Below the pieces are notes generated by a model. That model worked only from the letters and a program-made list of their open reading frames with translations. It was not told the DNA's origin and made no database searches. A stretch of DNA of 63,506 nucleotides, counting the filler, from Syncephalis fuscata S228 (Eukaryota > Fungi > Zoopagomycota): NCBI GenBank assembly GCA_025786725.1. It is 4 parts of 4 records of this genome, joined end to end, with 100 filler letters (N's around TTAATTAATTAA, not from the genome) between each part and the next. Parts side by side here need not be neighbours in the genome. Positions count along the whole stretch, not along the records: positions 52,868 to 63,506 come from JAHLTZ010000292.1; 3 more parts are not named here. One strand, written 5' to 3'. The number at the start of each line of letters is the position of its first letter. Position 1 is the first letter of the stretch. Below are positions 55,935-63,506 of this stretch, piece by piece. The position numbers and the translations under genes are program-made.

Positions 55935-58830
55935 ATGTTCTCTCTCATTACTACGTATTTTGCCAAGCGTGCTCGCGTTGAGCAACCAGCTTCTAGTGTA
56001 GCTGAGCAATCTACTTCTAGTGTAGCTAATCAGCCTAATACTACTTCTTTATTCAAGCGTGCTCGTGTCAAACAATTGAATAGTAGTCCCGTGCCTATAA
56101 CCTCTGATGATTCAACATGTAAGTATCATTTTAATCTGTATATTGTACAATTTGTAGCAACGACTCTAACTTCAGCTTCACTATAGGCAGTATGAATATC
56201 AGCGTGTTTGAGGGATACACTCAAGAGCATGATCATAAGCAAAGCGATGCCCCTTATCATCTTAGAAATATTAATTATGTCCGTACACATATTCAAGGAG
56301 TGTCTGGTGATTTAAAAGACAAATATTGTGTTAAAAACTTTTCTGATGAATCCCCCAAAACTAAAATACGTCGAGACATTGATTCAATTGCGATAGTTTG
56401 CGATGAAATTAAAACAATACCTGTCACATCTTGTGACATCGATATAATGGTCAGGGCCAATTACAATTTCTCTTACAAGTCTGATACCGGCGTTGTTTAT
56501 AATCACCATACATTAACAAAAGGTGAAGACGTTAAAATATTCCATATACCAAATTTAAATTTTGCTAAATTCGGTAAATTACAGGTAATGTATACAAAAA
56601 TACGTTTTATTTAAGCTAATCATTGGTGCTTTTACTATTGTTTAATTATAGGTTGTAATATGTTTTCCCGCCTTGTATTATAAGCGATCCTTGAATCAAA
56701 CAAAGCATACATATGCTGTTGATCAAGCTACTCATAAGCTTTTTGTGGATTCGGTACTTATACCTGCCCTTAATAATTTATCTGACAGTGAAGTTTTGTC
56801 TGTTCCTTTATCATACGATTCTACTCAAGTAAACACTAGCGTTAGTTTATATTCCGATACAGTAGACGAACTTCTTACGCAAATGCGTAGAATAATATTA
56901 AATAATCCTGATACCAAGGACTTTGATTCATTTTTTTTCATCGTTTGGGGACTAGGATTTAAAAAAAGGTACCCTGATGAAGGTATTATTTCACTGCATT
57001 CGCCTAGAAAAATATTAGAAACTTTCAACTTAAATTGGGACATTATCCCTTTAGATAAAACATATATTGATGTTGGATTTTCTATTTTACCTATCGAATG
57101 TAATTATCCGTTAACTGGTTTTGTTAAAGACCATGATGACATTGCTTTTCATTTTTTTAGTGATGATCCCATCCGTTTGGCTAGTGGTAAGCTAGAATAT
57201 ATATATATATGCGTTTTGCCAAATCATATTTTATTGTTTACTGACTTTTTCACCTATATTCATAGCAACTCGTCGTTATGATAGTTTTTGCAACTTTGAA
57301 AATTTTGGTGGTTTTAAACACACCAACACTGTTCGCTCGAGGCTGATAAATATGCAAGTCTACAGCCTGAGCAAACACGCCTTCTATACACGAGCTTCAG
57401 GCAATTCTGATCGTCATGGACGTGATTTCAGCCCAAATGAAGTACTTGAAAAAGGCAGAGGTGCCATTAAGTTTATAGTAAGTGCTTGCAAAATTATGGT
57501 TAATTATTGATTTGTAATTAATTTCTTTTTAGAAATTAATCGAAAAAAATATCGAATTGATGAAAAAGAAGAATTATGGTGTTCGTTTTGAATTTCGGTT
57601 AATTATGCCGAGTTTAATACCGACATTCAAAACATAGAAGACAAATTTGGGTAATATATAAATTTAAATTACTATACTTGCTAACATTTTTATTTATAGA
57701 CTTGAAGTGTACGAAAAAGTTGTTTGGAATTATTCTGATCAGCTTTGGTCCTATGCTGGCAATAGAATTAACGCTTTGTGGTATCTGGTAGAGACAAATT
57801 ATCTTTCGGTCAGCAACAGATACTCAGATCAACACCTGTCTTTTATTGCCCAGCTTAGCTATATGTTATCGGCAGTATTCCACCGCCCGATGGACAGATC
57901 TCAGTGGCGCGACACTGTCGGCCAAACGTTAAAAAACCATCGCCGTCTAGATTCTAGTGCTTGTTTTCTTCCTAACCTTATCGAGTCTAATTCAGATGAT
58001 AATCGTTGGTCAACAAGTGACATTTATACTGTTGATAAACTGAAAGCCATTTTTGAATTTAGCCAATTCGAAACTGACAGGATTACTGTAACTTTAACTA
58101 ATACCTCTGATACTGATACTTTTACTGATGTAGCCGAATCATTGCCTATCATTAATAGTCTGCCGAGTGGCCCAGTTTATAAATTCAACTTAGAAGTGGA
58201 TGATGCCAATATCACAAGCATATTAAGACTGAACACTATCATTTTGATAAAGCCTGTCAATATTTCTGTACTCATCGTCTTGGACCAGGAAATGTGGCGC
58301 CTTTTGTTGACCTTTATATGGATGAAGTGTTTACTATGTACAAGTGGATGAATTTGTAAAGGAGGAACATAAAGAAGGCTTTAATAGATTTGGACGACGA
58401 ATATTCTCCAACGAAGCGGATTTTCACCTTAAGCTGATTGTAAATATTTAAGCTGTTTTGTTTAATACTTCATTGAACATAATTAACTTTGCTATTTATT
58501 CATTTAGAAAAAAAGCGTTCAATTAACAACATCTAACTATTACGAGACCTGGACAGAGAAATGGTATTTTCCCTCCCATGCTGTTATTGAAGAAGATCCC
58601 ATTGACACGAGCCATCCACATAAAAGCGGGAGATGGAGCAAGCACGGTGCAAGAACAGCATACATAATACTCGCACGCCAGAATGATGTTAAAGAGGAGT
58701 TTATAAACTTTCGTTTGGCGTGTCTTGAATATCTTAGAAGCCACTATCCTATTATCCTAAATGTGCTAAGAGCAAATTATACGTCGTGGCACAACGAAAA
58801 ATGCAGTTTGTTCAAACAGCCAATAATTAA
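55935..58830 (+). CDS. Unknown multi-exon protein embedded in the repeat unit (candidate element-encoded protein; frameshifts in 3' half)
   Basis: Exons 55935-56118, 56187-56584, 56652-57186, 57266-57477, 57533-57650 and 57700-... join through phase-compatible GT-AG introns. Apparent frameshifts at ~57600 and ~58220. The 3' end is uncertain. Confidence 0.75.
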
Positions 58831-58889
58831 AAATATTTTTGAATAAACTTATTTTATAATAAAGTTTATTACATTTATAGCAATTTATT

Positions 58890-59960
58890 AATAATTCAAT
58901 ATGATTTGGGGGTCAAATGACTAATTTAATAACATTCGCGCAATTGAACTGCACATTCACTCTATTGAACATGGGGACAAGTGGTGAGTTTTATTTAATC
59001 ATCACATCATCACACTTATTGCTTTTTTGGGGACAAATGACTAATATTTAATAACGCCCAATCTATTGAACATGATGATGGGTGGTGAGTGACATCAGTC
59101 ATCAAATACTCATCATTGTAGATTTATTGTCCAATATGCATATATCTACTATCTACCTATATCATTACCATTATATGACATATTGAATACATTCTGTTTG
59201 CTATGAGTTTTAAATAAATAAATATATAGTCTATTAAGCAAGCTAAGCAAAATTAGTCAACTTTGTTAATAATAGAGCTAAAACAAAAAGAACAGCTGCA
59301 ATAGATAGCCACTAGTCATTAGACAATAAAACAGCATATAATATAAATAATATGCAATACGCAGTAACGATTAGCAATGTTAATGTTATTGAGCATATAT
59401 GCATGAGCAGATGACCGACATTAGTCGATATTTATTAATAATAAAGCTAGAACAAAAGTATAAACAGATTTGGATAGAGGAAGGCTAAGCGATTATAGAA
59501 TGATATATAGAATAATAAATGTACGGCGAAAAAGCATATAAAATAAAGTTAAAGCTATAGTGCATATAGCGCAATGAGTAGACTGAATGGAGTTTGTTGG
59601 TGTATATAAACAATAAAGTGCGTTTAGTCTATCGTAGAATGGGATACAATGGCGTGGGGTAGTACAGGAATGATATAGGTAAATAATATATATATGTGTA
59701 CTGAATATATGCATACTGGATAACGAATCTATGCTGATGAGTATTTTGATGACTGATGTCACTCACCACCCATCATCATGTTCAATAGATTGGGCGTTAT
59801 TAAATATTAGTCATTTGTCCCCAAAAAAGCAATAAGTGTGATGATGTGACGATTAAATAAAACTCACCACTTGTCCCCATGTTCAATAGAGTGAATGTGC
59901 AGTGCAATTGCGCGAATGTTATCAATATAGTCATTTGACACCCAAATCATAATATAATTT
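58890..59960. mobile_element. Foldback block with ~250-bp near-identical inverted arms
   Basis: 58900-59145 (ATGATTTGGGGGTCAAATGAC...) is the reverse complement of 59705-59950. Confidence 0.75.
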
Positions 59961-62900
59961 AATGATTTGATAATTTAATGAAAATGATTATTCAATAAAA
60001 TAAACGTTTAGTTTGACTGGGCGAGTGCTGGCAAACAAGTCAATTGGTACCAATCATAATAATTGTTTATTCATATTACATCAGCACTTGCACCCACACT
60101 ATAAAAACAGACTGCCGATCGCATAGCACACGATTTGCGTCACACGTTCCTCTTTCTCATCCACCACACTTGACAGCATTTATCCACTAGCCACCTTTCC
60201 ACTTGCACTTGTTTCCATAAGTTCAGTATATGCTTTGCTTGCTATATGTCATTGTTAGTCTATTAGTATGAGCATGCCTAGTCTTGGTACTACATACCGC
60301 CCTGCTGTATGGCGCCATACAGCAGTGCTAGCGGTATCGTTTTACCTTGTGGGCAGCTGCTAGTATGCTAACTGTGGCAATATATGCTACCAAACATATA
60401 CGGTTATCTTTCTCTTTCTATTCCTCTTTCTCTTTCTTTTCATTCTTTTTTCACTAACCTTCCATTATTTATCGTACTAGCAACAGTGTATGCTGGATAT
60501 ATGCTACCAAGCATATACTGTTCCTTTCTCACCCTCTCCTCGCCCTCTCCTCATCATTACCTCTATACCTTCCATTGCTCACCGTGCTAGCAATAGTGTG
60601 TTTAGCTATGGTAGTAGCATATGGTGGCACTCTGTACTGGCCATACAGCAGTGCCATTATATGCACTGCCTGTAAACACCTGCTAGCACGATGTTGCATT
60701 GGCAGCTCTTCTTCTCTTTCCCTTTTCAATTTAACAAACCACTTACCGGTCCTTCTTTATGGTGCACTGATTATGCAATGGTAAGTAACTAACTTAAATC
60801 AGTCACTAACTCTACATATAATGCTTTAGATTTACAAGCCATCAAGTATCAAGTTCAAGGACAATGGCGATTAGTGTGTTAGCGGCCGGCTACCAAACAA
60901 TATAACAATTAATGCTATATTGATGACTTTAGATTTAGATTACTAACTTACTAATCTGTATTAATAATTACAAATTTATATCATAAATAAAAATCACCAA
61001 ATTGTTTTAGTGTGCTAGCGGCCGGCTACACAACATTGCAACATACTAACTTTATACATATATTGTTTTAAATTTTAGATACCGAACACTAACACTAACA
61101 TTTATTGATTATTATAGATTTTAGATAGCTGGACACCAGTACCAACACCAACATCAACACCAGCACCAATACCGGCACCAACATCGGCACCAGTACCAGC
61201 ACCGGCATCAGCACCAACACCAACACCAGTACCAACATCAACATCAACACCAGCACCAATACCGGCATCAACACCAACACCAGTACCTGCACCAGCATCA
61301 ACACCAACACCAATACCGGCATCAACACCAACACCAACACCAGCACCAGCATCAGCACCAACACCAACACCGGCACCAACATCGGCACCAGCACCAGCAC
61401 CAGTACCAGTGCCAACACCAACACCAGTACCGGCATCAACACCAACACCAGTACCTGCACCAGCATCAACACCAACACCAGTACCTGCATCAGCATCAAC
61501 ACCAACATCAACACCAGCACCAATACCGGCACCAACATCGGCACCAGCACCACTACCTGCACCGGCATCAACACCAACACCAGTACCTGCACCAGCATCA
61601 ACACCAACACCAACACCACCACCAGTACCTGCACCAACATCGGCATCGGCACCGGCACCAACAATAGTAACAACATCAACATTGGCATTAACACTAAACA
61701 CTAACATTGTATTTATTATTTTAGATTTGTAGGTGGCCGGCCATGGACACCTAGCGTAAGTATTATTATTATACATAGCCGGCCGCTAGCACACTAAAAC
61801 CAAATATGCAATATCAATTCAAGACAATTGTCTACTAACGTACTAACATTGTATTTATTATTTTAGCATTGTAGGTAGCCGGCCGCTAACACACTAATCG
61901 CGATTTTAAATAAGTAAGTAATGTGATACAGCAGTTGTAGCAGTATCCATCATAATTTGTATGTGGTGGTATACCGCCACCAATAAACGGTGGTATACCA
62001 TCACAACAATAGCAACAATAGCAACTTCACAAGTACTTGATGTGACATCATCAAGACTAATTGATACTATTGCTATCAATTAACAGCAAGATTAAAAAAA
62101 ATATTGGATCAATTAATAATATATTATTTATTGGTAATATCCAAGTGATTGTTTATTAATATTACCAAACAATATCCGAGCAAAGCATTAAATAAAAGCA
62201 CATAGCTACTAAATAAGTAGATGCAAAGGTTTATACTTTTTGCATCTCAATCAAAAAATCAATACAATATAGTTTATTGTATCTAATCAAGTGAATTGTG
62301 ACAATAAAGATTATACAATTAGTATGTGTTGCACATACTAACTAATGATTAAACAATTTAACAATGCTTATAGTATGATCAGCGGATCAAATGGCAATAA
62401 TTAAAAGCATTTAATGTACTGAACATGATAATGGATGATGAATAAATAAAATATAAAATAGACATTAATGTATTATTATTATCCAGTAAGCATATATCCA
62501 GTGTGCATATACTTAATATGCATACATCCATTATTTACATATATCATTGTATGATATGGTGTGTATATCATATTAATTGTAGAAAGCAATATACACGACT
62601 CATTCACGTCAGTATGTTATAGTGCTTATAACATGCAATGATTTATAATAATTATTACCTCACATATATGATGTATTGCATCGGTAGATTGACACTCACA
62701 TATTGAAGAATAGAATTTAGCACTCATTACCATAAGAGTTATGTACGTTTATATACACAGATGTAGCATTAACTAAACAATAACATTGAATTAAATATAT
62801 TGGGAGCATAGGTAGCCTGTCCCCACCAATTTTAAAATTTTTATTTTACCACCATTTCCCACCAAAGTATATCTATGTTTATATACATAGATACAGCATC

Positions 62901-63497
62901 AACTAAGCAATGTTTTGCAAGTTATTTGAATGTACTAGCTTGTATATTGACGGACTTTTACTGGTAGGCCAATTTACTCAATATTTGAGTAAAAATGGCA
63001 ATAAATAGCCGATAATTGTCCAATAGACTAACTAAATGAATAATGGACTAAACAACCGAATAATTGACCAAGTTACTTAACAATAGCGTATTTGCATAAT
63101 GTAATAAGTAGTTTAAGCAATAAAAGGTTGAAGTGAACTTTAAGCCACCACATATTGACTTTAACAATGAATAACTCGATAAATAATAGCTCAAATGACA
63201 TGAGAGTAGGTGACAATGAAACAGAATAAACAGGAGATGAAGAAACAACAATAAAACAGACAACGATTTTTTTTATTTTTTTGAAAATATTTTTGACAAT
63301 TATTTGACAAATATTTAGGGCTAATTGAGATAGGGCTTGTTAAAATAGGGCTAAAATAAGAAAAATAAGACAAAAATGAAAAATGAAGGAAAATGAACAA
63401 GAAATTACAGAACAACTATACGAGCGATAGCGAGTTAGAAAAAACAAGAATAACGACAATAGAACAACAACAACAAGAGAAGAGAGAGACAAAAAAA
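59860..63497 (-). repeat. Composite repeat copy in reverse orientation (array, palindrome, minisatellite, AT-rich blocks)
   Basis: 59860-61117 matches rc 1-1360/4526-5975, 61130-61700 is the CCA-strand minisatellite, 61700-62650 matches rc 2590-3540, and 63160-63497 matches rc 2210-2550. Confidence 0.93.
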
Positions 63498-63506
63498 GGG
63501 TTAGGG
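63498..63506 (+). repeat. Possible start of a (TTAGGG)n telomere tract
   Basis: The sequence ends in GGGTTAGGG exactly where homology to the internal copies stops. Only 1.5 repeats are visible. Confidence 0.45.

Overview
AT-rich, intron-rich eukaryotic DNA from an early-diverging fungus. Gene content and a secreted kinase-like protein suggest a Zoopagales/Syncephalis-like mycoparasite, but that is inference. The window is four segments (1-12935, 13036-36146, 36247-52767, 52868-63506) joined by artificial 100-bp linkers (N44-TTAATTAATTAA-N44), so adjacency across linkers is not evidence. The middle holds about 15 spliced housekeeping and regulatory genes: Cwf18/CCDC12, ALG6, 5'-nucleotidase, glyoxalase II, BTG/Tob, VMA8, RasGEF, a homeodomain protein, mitochondrial bL9, RER1, KHDC4, a TBC GAP, TPI1, a Jupiter/SPIRAL1-like repeat protein and a secreted pseudokinase-like protein. 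Many carry 1-bp indels that look like consensus errors. The most unusual material is a modular repeat family at 1-6.9 kb (+) and 52.9-63.5 kb (-). It occurs as a gene-less ~4.5-kb unit and as a ~9.4-9.6-kb unit containing an unknown multi-exon gene. Its modules are a GGT-hexamer minisatellite bracketed by nested perfect inverted repeats, a hairpin-repeat/purine-spacer array of variable copy number, a perfect 24-bp palindrome and foldback blocks. The last copy is cut off by GGGTTAGGG, so it may be a subtelomeric, possibly self-amplifying element. Two further large foldbacks lie at 15.3-17.3 kb and 45.3-46.1 kb. Exon boundaries and alignments were read by eye.
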